A program made the position numbers and the translations under genes. Positions 1 to 12,399 of a stretch of DNA of 23,064 nucleotides are shown piece after piece. Source of the DNA: Selaginella moellendorffii (lineage: Eukaryota; Plantae; Lycopodiophyta); the NCBI RefSeq assembly GCF_000143415.4, contig NW_003314309.1, forward strand, positions 832,093 to 855,156. The letters are read 5' to 3'. The stretch's first letter is position 1, and every line of letters starts with the position of its first letter. The notes under the pieces are model-generated. The model saw only the letters and a program-made list of their open reading frames with translations. It had not been told where the DNA came from and did no database searches.

Positions 1-39
1 TAATGATCAATAAGAGTTGTTAGATTCTTATAAGATTTG

Positions 40-435
40 AGTTAGGATTATATTGATCATTGATGATTCTTATTACACTTGTTATAAAGTGAATTACGTC
101 TTGGTATGGATGGATTCATGAAGGATCAATTTGGTTGAGCACACCTTTATTGCACTAGGCTTTTAGATTGAAGCATATATACTTTTGATGAGCTTTGTGT
201 TTTGAAGTTTGACGATATTATACGTTGTACCATAGTTTCTTTAGTTTCGATATTGAAGTTGGTGTTTACATCTAGCAATCAGTGGTGATGATTAATTATC
301 ATCTAAGAAAGCATAACAAAGCTATGCTCGACAAGTGATCACCAAACGATCCTCCATGAATCCATCTATAGCAAGACGTAATTCACTTCATAACAAGTAC
401 ATGAAGAATCATTAATGATCAATATATTCCAACTT
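40..435. repeat. Degenerate inverted repeat, arms ~40-150 and ~318-435
   Basis: tatattgatcattgatgattct..agtgaattacgtcttggtatggatggattcatgaaggatc on + matches the reverse complement of 342-435 (tatattgatcattaatgattct..agtgaattacgtcttgctatagatggattcatggaggatc). Confidence 0.85.
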
Positions 436-1574
436 AGTTGATTATTCTTGTCAAAAGTTTTACTAAATTATTGGTAACGTTAAATGATTTATCATTCTTT
501 GAGATGGTGGATTATTTCTTCGATGATAAAAATAGTTTTCTCTATTGATGGGATGATTGATTATCACAAATGTAACTAAGGGTATCAAAAAATTACCTAT
601 TAACAAGTTTTTCTTTTACTGCTATAATGGCAGGAGATCAGTATTGCTAGACCCTTTATTAATCTCTACCCAATTTAGTCTTTATATGTGCACTTAACTA
701 AAAGAGAGCAAATATTGAGGGACTAAACTCAATATTGTTGAGGTTCCCAACACTAACAAGTGCAAGCCAATGAAATTTCCCTCAATACTTTCCTATTCGA
801 AGTATTGAATATGGTTATCATCATAGATAATTATAAGGTGATAGTTTACCATGTTTACCAAAACACTCTCGCTATCATATTTTATATATTTGTTTCATTT
901 GGTCCTATTGGTTATTTATAAAAAGTGTCTAGATTTACTAGTGAGATATATTTATAAAATGTAGAGATTGTCTTGAACACGATGGTATTATTCCTGCATT
1001 CAAATTCACAATCCAACACTATTCCATATTTAGTAAGTTTTCATTATTGTTTTAGGGGCTAACTCTTAGGATTGGGGTGAAATCCCAAAATGTATGTTGT
1101 TCTGAATGTATAATAGGGGTAAGTTAAATATCATTGACCAACCTAAAACATAATCTAGTTCTCATTTGTGAATAGGTTAATCTATACTTATTTAGCATGA
1201 TATTAATCGATCCTTCCTAAACATGATTATAAGTGGATCAATAAAGACTAGAAGGATTAATCTATTTATTCAAGTATTCTTTGTCGTGCTCTTCTAAGAG
1301 GAGGTATAAAAGGAGTCAATATGTTAATGATGAGGCAGAAAAAAATTAATTGCATCCTTAGATAAAATGAAAAGCTTGTTATATATTAAATATTTGTGAA
1401 AGTGTCGAATGTCAGTGATAGTGTCAGTGTCAAATATCATAATTACAAGTTGACATTCTCACCTGACACCATCACTTTGAAGCAACATATTGTAAAACAA
1501 TTGTATATGATATGATAGCACCATCTAGAATAAGGTATATTACCTACAATTAATATTATTTTATTATCTATATT

Positions 1575-2091
1575 NNNNNNNNNNNNNNNNNNNNNNNNNN
1601 NNNNNNNNNNNNNNNNNNNNNNNNNNNNNNNNNNNNNNNNNNNNNNNNNNNNNNNNNNNNNNNNNNNNNNNNNNNNNNNNNNNNNNNNNNNNNNNNNNNN
1701 NNNNNNNNNNNNNNNNNNNNNNNNNNNNNNNNNNNNNNNNNNNNNNNNNNNNNNNNNNNNNNNNNNNNNNNNNNNNNNNNNNNNNNNNNNNNNNNNNNNN
1801 NNNNNNNNNNNNNNNNNNNNNNNNNNNNNNNNNNNNNNNNNNNNNNNNNNNNNNNNNNNNNNNNNNNNNNNNNNNNNNNNNNNNNNNNNNNNNNNNNNNN
1901 NNNNNNNNNNNNNNNNNNNNNNNNNNNNNNNNNNNNNNNNNNNNNNNNNNNNNNNNNNNNNNNNNNNNNNNNNNNNNNNNNNNNNNNNNNNNNNNNNNNN
2001 NNNNNNNNNNNNNNNNNNNNNNNNNNNNNNNNNNNNNNNNNNNNNNNNNNNNNNNNNNNNNNNNNNNNNNNNNNNNNNNNNNNNNNNNNNN
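1575..2091. other. Assembly gap (run of N)
   Basis: 517 consecutive N; contiguity across it is unverified. Confidence 0.99.
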
Positions 2092-2156
2092 TAGATTCTT
2101 TTCTACCATACCAATCTTCTAGGGAAATATAACCATATTATAGTGGTAGGGCACAT

Positions 2157-2320
2157 TGGCATGCTGCCATTCTCTTGTGTGAAATTGCCTTTCAGTCTTG
2201 GAAATGTAAATAGAGTTGAGCTGGCATGCTACCATTCTCTTATATAAGATTACCTTTCAATTTTGGAAATGTAAATAGAGTTTATTTTTTTATGTGATAT
2301 TACTTTTGAATCTTGAAAAC
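2157..2320. repeat. Tandem repeat, 65-bp unit, two copies plus a partial third
   Basis: tggcatgct(g/a)ccattctctt...ttggaaatgtaaatagagtt starts at 2157 and again at 2222; a weaker echo follows to ~2320. Confidence 0.85.
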
Positions 2321-2730
2321 TCTTATTGGGCATTTACCACAAAAATATACTTTGATCTTTTCACATAAAAGGATTGCAACCTAGGTAGGCAACACATTTT
2401 TTGATATGAATTAATATATAACTTAAAAATGTTATGAAAAGTTTTATGGAGTAGGTATCTTGGTGCTTTCCATTGTACTATTGATATCTTATTTTCCTTA
2501 CTCTAGATAGTTATTTTAGAAGGAATATGAGCATTTTTATCAATCGTGACAATGGTCTTCACATTCCAAGATGGGTAATTAAAACTAGGAGTGTAATATA
2601 GAGATTATAGTAATGAAATGAAATTAACATTTTCACATTCCTTTATGCTACAACTCTTACTCAGATATTTTATTGTCATTGTTTCCCATCTTCTCAAGAA
2701 CATTAAAAAACTTTCAAATGAAAGAATAGT

Positions 2731-3056
2731 TATAGTGTATATGGTTTTCACCTTTTATCCTATAGTGATTTAAAGTAGAATAACCACGAAGCGGAATTTA
2801 AACCCTCCATATGCCATATATCACATACCACATGCCATATGCCACATGTCCAAGAACAGTTCAGTGGAACCCAAGTATTATAGCCTTGAGCCATTAAATG
2901 AATAAATGGAGCCAAATTCCTAAACTTGCAGCCAAGGAGCGAAAGAACTAGAGCATGGAGTGATTTCTGAGCTTTTAACCCAAGGAGTGAAGGGACAAAA
3001 ACACAAAGTAACATTAAAATAGTTTTAAAGCTTCTAACATCCCAATGCCATGACTA
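2731..3056 (+). mobile_element. LTR-like repeat, family A, copy 1 (3' end eroded)
   Basis: Colinear with 5955-6280 (atatggttttcaccttttat, gaaagaactagagcat, catcccaatgc). Preceded by purine-rich aaatgaaagaatag, a possible decayed PPT. Confidence 0.65.
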
Positions 3057-4097
3057 ATATGCAAAATTGAGCCAAATAGAGTTTAGTGCTATTTTAGTAT
3101 AGTGGTGGCCTCTAGTTTGTATTAGCTTATAAAAATGAAATGATTTTTGAGGAAAGTGATCAATAGATCAGTCATTGGAAAAGTTTAAAAAAATTTGTGG
3201 AAAATTTTCCATCCTAGAGAAAGAATGACTCTCAATATAAAAATATAAATTTCCAAGACTTAACCAACTTCTTCCAACCTACAACTTTATATAGGTTCAC
3301 ATTAACATAAATTTTCATAACCCAATAGCATGCTTAAGCATTGAATATCATGTCTATATTTTCCAACATCTAGTATTGACATCCACAAAATGAAAATAAA
3401 TACCCAAGACTAGATCATATAGATCATATCTTCGGATATTCACATTGCATTAACACTTTTCTTCAATCATCTTTAAGATCTAATATGAAATCATAACACT
3501 AATAAAAAAAATAACATGAAAAATCAAACTCTAAGGAAAAACTTTTCATCACTCGAAACAACAATATCACTTTCACTAACACAAGTGCTAATAATGTTAA
3601 TGCCTCAATTATATATATTTTCTATCCAACAATCTACTCCAAGTGTTGATAGATTTACCAATTAAATATAACAAATAAATGCTATAACCTTTTCCAACAC
3701 CTTAATAAGCTTAGTATAATAAATCACTATTGAGAACTAAGTCAAAGTTACTTCAATACTATTACTTGCAAGTAAACTAGTTTCACTATCAACCACTTTA
3801 GGGTTGATCATCATTTAACCAAGTAGCTTTGTAAATACATTACTCATAATCTATGATATAGAAATCACAATAATTTGATCATTAATTGAGTAATGCCCAT
3901 ATCATTATTACAAAGGTTTATGTGAGTATCATGTGCTAACTCAATTTGATAAAATGCAATATAAATAGCACACCTCACTGATATAGATTTATATACCTAA
4001 CATTACCAACTTCATTCACAATATAAACAAGCTTATGCTACTATTTTTTTTACCAAATTCAAAACTAATTCAACACTGAGCTATTCAAAGAGCAAAA

Positions 4098-5128
4098 TGT
4101 AAGGAACCAACTCGCCGAGGTGTCGTAGGCTAAAGGAACCCCAAAAGAATGACCAAAATGACAAAGAGTTCATCGGATGGGACCAAGTCGAAGATCGAGT
4201 CCAAGACCGACTCTAGGACCGAGTTCGAGATAGAGTCCGAAATCGAGTTCAAGACCGACTCGGGGACCGAGTTCGAGTCCGAGTTCGAGACCGAGTTCGA
4301 GACGGAGTCCGAGATCCGAAATCGGGTCCGAGACCGAGTCCGAGGTCGAGTCCGAGGTCGGGTCCGAGATCGGGTCCGAAGCGTGCATCTCCCAGGGGGG
4401 GGGGGCTGCAAGGGGTTCCAAAAGTATAGTAGGGATAGTGAGGTCTAGGAACCAGTTTAGAAGGGACTCTCCAGTGGGGCTCCCAAACTGACTTGAGGTT
4501 GGGACTGGGACCAAGGGGCCTTGGGTGGGAGTGAGCATGGACTTGGTTGGTGCCGGAGGGGCCATCCAAGGAAGTGCTCAAGAGTAGCTCCCACTCTCGA
4601 AAGGGAAACCGATTGCGGTGCTCCCGACTCATGTGGAGTGGTGCCCCACTTGAGTACCATGTGGCTCATTGGTCCTCGCCCTTCCTAGGGCTTGGGCCTT
4701 CCTTCGGGATGGAAGTGGGGGGCAAGAGGTACCCATACCGGGCCGCTAGGCCACGGTGTTTCGCCCCTGCGTCCCGAAGCAAGTGTTGCACTCAAGACTT
4801 GGGATTTAGAGGGTCCCATGATCAAGTTTTGTGGTACCAAAGGATGTTAGGAACCTGGAAGCTTAGTGTGTTTGGCTGCTTGTGCTTGCGGGGAGTGTAG
4901 CCGAACCTTAAGTCCAGTCTAACCCAGGAAGGGGGATTGGGAGTGATTTGGGAATCCGTGGATGGATGGCTAACACCCCGTTGCTCGTGCAGTGAGTAGC
5001 TGAGACCAAGTAGGAGCTGGTACCATAGGCGAGAACCTTGGCAAGGGAACTTAGCAAAAGCCAAGGCGGTGTTGGACGGATAGACGAGGTAAGCTGGCAA
5101 ATTGGAAAGGAAAAATTTGTGACTTACA
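4098..5128 (+). mobile_element. Solo-LTR-like insertion of family B (1031 bp), relatively young
   Basis: Perfect terminal inverted hexamers TGTAAG...CTTACA; near-perfect 5-bp target duplication caaaa (4093-4097) / caata (5129-5133); sharp GC/CpG rise over flanks; 4407-5128 is related to the LTR at 15230-16172 in opposite orientation. Confidence 0.8.
4180..4380. repeat. CpG-rich 6/12-bp tandem repeat (gaccgagttcga / gagtcc variants)
   Basis: Directly visible periodicity; it explains the low-complexity ORFs on both strands here. Confidence 0.9.
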
Positions 5129-5954
5129 CAATAGTAAGGTTCTTCGGAAAAGAATTGAGAATTATAACAATAGTAAACCTAAATAAAATGGTTTAATGCT
5201 TCACTACTATTCATCCCACGACTCACCACTTGTAGGACCATCATAACCAACAAGGATCAAGGTAAGGACTTTTGATTGCATAATGTGAACACGAATAATG
5301 AGTTAACATATCATTGCAAATCATTTTTCCAAGAAGAGAAAATGATTTACTTGTTTGATCTTTCATCTCTTATGACTCTCTTTTTGATCTTAACCTTAAC
5401 TAAACCTCAAACTTGCATTCACATTGCCTTCAATCCAATCTAAAAAAAGTTTATTAGAGAACATAGCAATGACTACTTAAACTAATAGACTAATCCCTAC
5501 AGTCTTGATTGATCCCCTTATAGTCATACATAGAAAGGATCCATTAGTGTTGTGCTAAATAGTTATAGACTAGCCTATTTGCCACTCTTAGCAAACCCAA
5601 AGGAGGTTTACTTTTACCTATGGTATATAGCAACTCATGGTAACCACTAATAGACTAACATTAATTCTACCAACTCAAAATGTAACCTTGAGTTGCTAAT
5701 GTGCTTCACTCACGAGCCCAAATGCAAACTTGTGCAAATGGTACATCTTAGTCCATCTTATAAGCCTAAGCGCAAGCTCACACAATATAGTACAAAAATA
5801 GGTAACAAAAATCCATACCCAAAGAATGAATGCAAAGTCATAGCACCCAAACATATACCCATTCAGATCATCATTTCATCTTTATATATGCAACGAGACT
5901 AATTACCTAATCTCATTGGACAATACTCGCTAAAACTCATTCTTTGATAATAAA

Positions 5955-6280
5955 TATAGTGCATATGGTTTTCACCTTTTATTCTATACTAATTTACTAT
6001 AGGATAATCATGAAATGAAACTTGAACCCTCCATATACTACATGCCATATACCATGTATCCAAGGACAAAGGAGTGGAACTTGAGTTTTAAAGCCTTAGA
6101 CCACTAAATGAAGGAACAAATCTAAACTCCCAAGCTTACAATCAATGAGTGAAAGAACTAGAGCATAGAGTGACTTATAAGTGTTCAACCCAAGAAGTGA
6201 AGAGACAAAAGTATGGAGTAACATTGGAACAGTCTTAAAGCTTTTAGCATCCCAATGCTAGGACCAGCCCACATACTATA
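5955..6280 (+). mobile_element. LTR-like repeat, family A, copy 2
   Basis: Second copy of 2731-3056. Ends tatagt...actata are inverted repeats, consistent with a deaminated TGTAGT...ACTACA. Followed by agttattatctga, a possible decayed tRNA-Met PBS (TGGTATCAGA). Confidence 0.65.
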
Positions 6281-6810
6281 AGTTATTATCTGACAATATT
6301 AAGGGACTAATTTTAATATGCGAGGGTTATTTTCAAGCTAATGCAAGACAAAGCAAAAAAAAACTAAGAGCCAAATCAAGTATACTCAACAAAAAATATA
6401 TAAGAGTTCCTACCTTATGTTTATTTGGCTAAGTACAAATGCTAAACCTAGTCTATTAACACTTGAATAAGAGGGGCTGAAAAGGGAACTAGCAATACTG
6501 ACCTCTTGTTGTCATGGTAGAATATCCAAAAAAACTAGTTGATAAGTAACTTTTGATAACCGTAGTCATATTTGCAACAATAGTATGTAATTATAAGACA
6601 GCAATAAAAGTAGTCAAAAAATAAAGTAATCAAATCAAAATATGATAGCTGTAACAACAGTCATCTAGCTTTACAAAAGATAGGTTTTAGTGAACTTTAT
6701 CTTTTTTAAACAACTCAATATACTAGAAACTTTTAACTCAAATATTTATATTTTTCAATATTTTAAAGTTTGTCAAAACCTTTATTTATTCAATTTACAT
6801 TTTATTGTAA

Positions 6811-6896
6811 GACTTCTAGTTGACTGTGTTGACTTGAGTTGACTTGTGCTTAGTTGAGCTGAATTTATGAGCTCAACTCAACTTTTGACCATCCCC
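6811..6896. mobile_element. Possible decayed hAT-type DNA transposon terminus
   Basis: Clustered gttgac/gagttg/ctcaac motifs ending in ttttgaccatcccc (reverse complement gggatggtcaaaa, resembling hAT GGGATG TIRs). Partner end not found. Confidence 0.3.
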
Positions 6897-9494
6897 ATCC
6901 TCACTCTGCTATTTATGTTTGACATCATTCCACTAACATATTTGCTTAGCCTTATACTATTAGAGCCAAACATTCTATTTAGACTTGCTATATTTATATT
7001 CACTCTATAATCTATATCATTTATTTTCACTTTAATACCATTATCACTTATCCTCATTTCATTGTCAGGGTTAGACTCCTATTTATCTCTTCTACCTAGG
7101 CTATAGCTATTGCATAAATTAGATAATTCCATTGTGTTGTGGCAATAGTGGAGTTTGAAATGTAAGATGAAAAGGAGGATCAAACATGGTGGACCACAAT
7201 GAAAATGCCCCTTCTCTGAAGAAAAAAGAGTTAGAATCATTGGGGCAAAGAGAAGAAGTTAAGAAAAAATTGAAAACACAAAAATGTAGAAGCAAGAAAA
7301 GCATTAGAAGGGGAATTTTCAACAATAGTTAATGTGAAAATAATAAAATTTGAGCTAAAGGGATATAGATAACAAAAGATATCATGTTATAAAGTATTTC
7401 AATCAACACAAAATAAGTAAAAAACTCCATATGTTTAACCTTCTTAGCATCAACTCAACACTTGAGATAGAAAAATCAATAGAAAACTCCACACTCTTAT
7501 AAACATTTTAGTAGTAATAGTAAAATAAAAGCTCTTAACAACATTTATATCAAGGAAAATATACCTAACTCAAAACTCTAACAAAAGTACTCAACTCTTG
7601 GAATAAGGGAATATTCAAATATAGCAATGAAATAAAAGCAAAATCCTTAACTACACACACTTTCAAAATTTAAATCAACTTGAGAAGGATAATAAACACT
7701 TAACACAACACAAGATTAAGATCAAAAATTATAAAAGTTAGAATTGATTAATGTGCTAGGAGAAAGAGAGGAAGAAACACTAGAAATTTAAGGAGCAGGA
7801 AATAACACTTAAAACACTAGAAAATACTATATAAATAAAGTTTATTTATATATATTTTATACTACATTTTTAATATAGTTCATCAAATATAATTATTTGT
7901 TATAACAATAATTTTATAATATTTATTATCTATATAGTCTATAAGATAGTTTTCTAGGAACTATTTTATAGTTCAATATTTATTACATTAATATTTTATT
8001 CTAAAAAAATTGAAAATAAATCATTTCTTTAAAAAATATTTTTAAAATCTAGCACTTATAATTTTTAAAAAATAATTTAAAAATAAACAGCCTTAAAAAT
8101 TTTAATATTTCAATTGATTAAAAATATTTGATAGATTGTTCTATTCTAGCTTACCACCATTGGGGTTTTAAATTTACATGAGAATCCAAGAGTAAAATTA
8201 ACAAACCACATTGATCATGAGGAATTTACCTTAAGCTCATCAAGTGTGATTTGCTCAATTTTGCAACTAATTTATTGTAGCTTGCTCACAACAACAACCA
8301 AGTGCTGAGGCACAACTTAAGACATAGAAATGGCTGATTATGTTATAGCTGTGGTTGTTCTAATATCCTAAACTTTAATAGCCATTTTCATATTTCATAG
8401 AATTTCATACTTAATTCAATTAAGGTTTCATCACTTGGATCAAATAGCGACACATCAAAAGCACACTAGATAATGACACAATTTATGCCTTGCTTTAACT
8501 TGATTATGGTGCAATAACACTAGCATAAGTGACTACCAATTAGTTTCCTACATGATTTCCTTGCAAGCAATGCATTGAGTGAATCTTATTGCAGTGGAGA
8601 TCTAGGAATGTGGCATGGTGATGCTCCCATTCAAAATAGTTTTATGATTCTTTTATGATGGATTAGCTTTTTATTACAGTCAACAAGTGTTAATGCATGG
8701 TGTTGGCTCTGAGACTATGCTAGAACAAAGTATCATGTTTTATCATGTTTGTAACTTATTTCTATTTTTCGTACAGGAAGATGACAAATAGCTAATTGTC
8801 ACTAATAGAAAGCTAAAGACAAACTACCAAATATGCAATCCAGTTTTTTAATAGAGTTATAATTACATTTGTTTGTTATTAGCTTACTTACATCACCTTT
8901 TGAATTTAGGTATTACTATTTGATAGTAATATAGGCCTTTGATTTTGATGAACAAAGATGCAAAAAGTCTATTCAAAGAAATTATAAATGAATAAAACTA
9001 TATATATTCACTTCTATATAGTTGTATATAGTAAGCATATTAGTGAGAATATATAGTTCTATATCTAGTATTTATATATATAGAATTATTTTCTATTTTT
9101 TGTTACATATATTTTGGAAATATAGTATCTAACCCCCTCATAATCATTATGCTTTATAGTTTTTTCTAATAGTTTATTGAAAACTACAAAAAAACAATTA
9201 TATACATAATTCTAAAATGGTCTTTCTTGTGTAAGGAAAGGTTGGGAAAGAGCAAAAGGAAGATAAAGAATTATGTGGGGTAGAATTAAAAATTAAGACC
9301 TCCCTTATAAAATATTCAATTAGTCTCTAAAGTTATCTCTATAATAATTGAGCGTATTATCAATATTAAGAATTCATTTGAACTTCTAAACATCATCTTC
9401 CCATAAACTCGTCTTTAAAAAGTCATGAATGTTTAAGCTTTTGTTTGCACTACTTTCAATTCAAATATAGAAATTTTTGAGTGGCTAAATTTAC

Positions 9495-9517
9495 AATAAA
9501 TAAATAAATAAATAAAT
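9495..9517. repeat. (AAAT)n microsatellite
   Basis: aataaataaataaataaataaat. Confidence 0.9.
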
Positions 9518-10721
9518 TCTTACATATTAAGTTTATGATATGCCATATTGAGCTTTATAGTGTGCTTCCGAGTTATTAGTTCAACAAGTATGACTAAAAC
9601 ACTAATGTATTGTTCTTCATCATTTTGGAACTTTTCTTAAATGCACTTCTAAAACACTAGTCACCTATAGTTTCCATTGATCACCAAAAATAGCTTTTCA
9701 TTGAATATTACAGTCACCACATATTGTCTTTAAAAATCTATCAAATTCACTATACTTTTATAGCTATATAAGATTTTATTTTTGCTCAAGTTTAGTAGTC
9801 ATTAGCTCTGCCCAACCAATTCTAAGGAAAGTTGGTGAAATGATGAAGGTACCGCTTTTGCTCCCAAACATGACCTCGCTGTAGATAGCCATGTTAAGGT
9901 TGTAAGCTGAGTGCACCCAATGGCTTTGAACTAACTGGCACAAAATAACCAAAAAACACTAAAGGCCATTCCATGCCATTTCCTATAACACTTTATTGAC
10001 TATTTGTTTTTTAGGTTGGATAATCGTGTTTTGAACATGATTATTCAAGATAGTGTTAGAATCATGCATACATCACCACCATTAACTCCTTCTACCCTAC
10101 TAACCTTAGGAGTAGTAGGAGCAACTACTATGCCCCTAGTAGCCTTTGCAGTAAATCCAGCTACAATGCTACTAATAGCCTTCTTAGTAGACTCATCTAC
10201 CTTGCCACAAATAGCCTCAACAACCAAAGGCACAACTGCCCCACCACCACTAGCATCATATGCAAATACCCCACCACTAATAACTGCAACCTTAGAAGCA
10301 CCAGTACTAACACCCTCAACAACATTAGCATCAAGATTGATTTGAAAGTCAATTTTAACATCCATGTCATTATTATGTTTTTCATTGTCTTCTTCAACAC
10401 AACCAATAGCAACTTCACTGGATACTTAGGATGAATCTCCACTCCATTCAGCAAAACCCATAGTAATTAAGGCGACTGCCTTTTACTAGAGACTAGGACC
10501 ATTGAAGTTGGCTTTGACACTTCCTTTAAAATAAAAAGCAAAATACTCTAGCATTTAACTTGTAAAGTAAAGCAAATTTATGGCATTTTAAGTTCAATTC
10601 CCCTCTTAGAAATTTTAGTTAGTCAAGCTTGATTTATATTTGCTTTCACAAGAAATTTTTGTAAGTAAATGATATGAAAAATAGATTGTAAAATATAAGA
10701 AAGTGCAAAGAAAAAAAATGT

Positions 10722-11254
10722 GGTTGGTTTATATGAAAACTAACCTCACCCTACCTCTCTAAAATTTAGAAAACAAAATTTTTTAAGATTAAAAAGGCCT
10801 CAAGAAAAAAGAAAAACATGATAAAAATACATAAGAGGTTGGTTTATGCAAGAACTAGCATTTTCCACCCTCCCATTTTCACAAGAAGTGCCTCATTAAG
10901 CCCTTAAAATAAAAAAAAAGCCTTGCAAATGTTGATTTGCTCAAGAACTAATAATAAAGATCTTACCCCCAAAAACAAGACAAAAACAAAGAAAGCTCAC
11001 CTTAGGGAAAACAAAGGTGATGAGCCGTCAGTTCACGTATGAACTAATATCTCCCACCTCTTCAAAAAGGAAAAAAAAATGAAATGGGGTAGAGATAAGT
11101 AAAACATTAAAGAAAAAATAAAATAGAATGCTAAAAGATGTCAATTCATATGAAAACCGACATCTCCATCCCTCAAGAGAAAACAAAAGTCAAGAAAAAA
11201 AAATCTTTAATAGAAGAAAGAAGGTGAGGAAATTAATTTACATGCAAACCGACT
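10722..11254. repeat. Array of six degenerate 24-bp palindromes spaced 92-115 bp, probably DNA-transposon subterminal repeats
   Basis: Units start at 10722, 10837, 10930, 11026, 11139 and 11231; inferred ancestral consensus xGTCGGTTY-N6-RAACCGACx; A-rich spacers. Confidence 0.7.
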
Positions 11255-12399
11255 TCAAGGAAAGATACTTTGATTGAGGAATGCCTTAAAGTGCATTACA
11301 TAATTGAAGTGTCTTTCTCTCACCCTTCCTTACTCAAATGCACCTTTCTCTTGCCTTGCTCAAACATGCCTTTCTCTTGCCTTTCCCTGCTCAAACTTTA
11401 GTTGTAAAATCTTAAAAATCAATGGTCGTGATTAACAATCATGATCAATAGTCATCTTTCTTTGATAGCAATTAACAGACACAATCATTCAAGCTTTAGA
11501 TATTAAGATATATGTAATTGATTGTGAGAAGAATAATATTGTTGAAATGAATAGGGTTATGAGCAAGAAGCACTAATCAATCATGAGAGTTGTAGTATTG
11601 ATTACTTGTTCTTCCTCTCATTTCCATGCTCTTTTCCTTTCAAAAGAGTTTCATTCTTTTGTAACAAGTGAGAGAGAGTCAAGCTTGGAGAGGTTGGTTT
11701 ATATGTGGTTTATTATTCCTCTCACAATCAATTATACAAATATTATAGGTGGCTCTTTAAGATTCTTATATATCTCTAGATTCTAAACGGTTATTTATTT
11801 TGTTAAAATAATTAACTTGTCCTTTGCAAGGATAGAGCTAATTAAAGCTCACAATATGAAAGAATATCTTTGTTCTCTCTTGTCAATTTCTCTGCAAATA
11901 TTTTTTAAATGCTCAAGCAGGGAGAAGATATAAAAGAATTTTACTTAAAGTTTGATCGAAAACCTCTAATTGTTTTTTTTAAGAGTGTTATAGGAAGGAA
12001 CTTCCGATGCAGAAAATTCAAGTTGAAGCCAAGATCAATTAATCTAAAGAATGTATGTCACGATAAGGGTAATTAGATAGAAAAATCCATTTTTCTTAAT
12101 AATGGTGTGGCAAAAAATGGGATTCGATGGGATCTTGATAAATGTACAAATTAGGAAATTCTTGTTACAAGATCTCTAAAGTGAGGAAAGGAGAATGCAT
12201 CAATTTCACAGCCAACTGTGCAAAGAGTGAAGAATGATGTTATTCTTTCTAGTGACGAAAATAAAGAAGATGAGCTTCTCAACATAATTTCTCACACAAA
12301 GAGGTGTGTTCCTTCTAAACTAGTTTTTAAAGTGGTGGATAAAGCATTTCAGCAATCTCGGTCATTATAACTAGAATTGAAAGAATTTGAATATATGAA

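Larger units (their letters stand above)
3150..5330 (-). pseudogene. Highly decayed Ty1/copia-like pol remnants, interrupted by the 4098-5128 insertion
   Basis: Short minus-strand peptide traces only: LILVGYD (~5240-5260, cf. copia KCILVGY) and YKA..VDSET (~3780-3835, cf. copia RT YKARLV..GVDYxETF). No open frame; boundaries approximate. Confidence 0.3.

Noticed and set aside
1564-2109. 181-aa ORF
   Set aside because: Artefact of translating the N gap.
4130-5100. Cluster of overlapping ORFs on both strands
   Set aside because: They come from a stop-poor tandem repeat and GC-rich LTR sequence; no recognisable domain.
10004-10454. Functional protein genes from the three overlapping ORFs
   Set aside because: Low-complexity translations without motifs; kept only as an unassigned fragment.
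10722-11254. CRISPR array
   Set aside because: Eukaryotic TE context, highly degenerate repeats, long low-complexity spacers (68-91 bp) and no cas genes.
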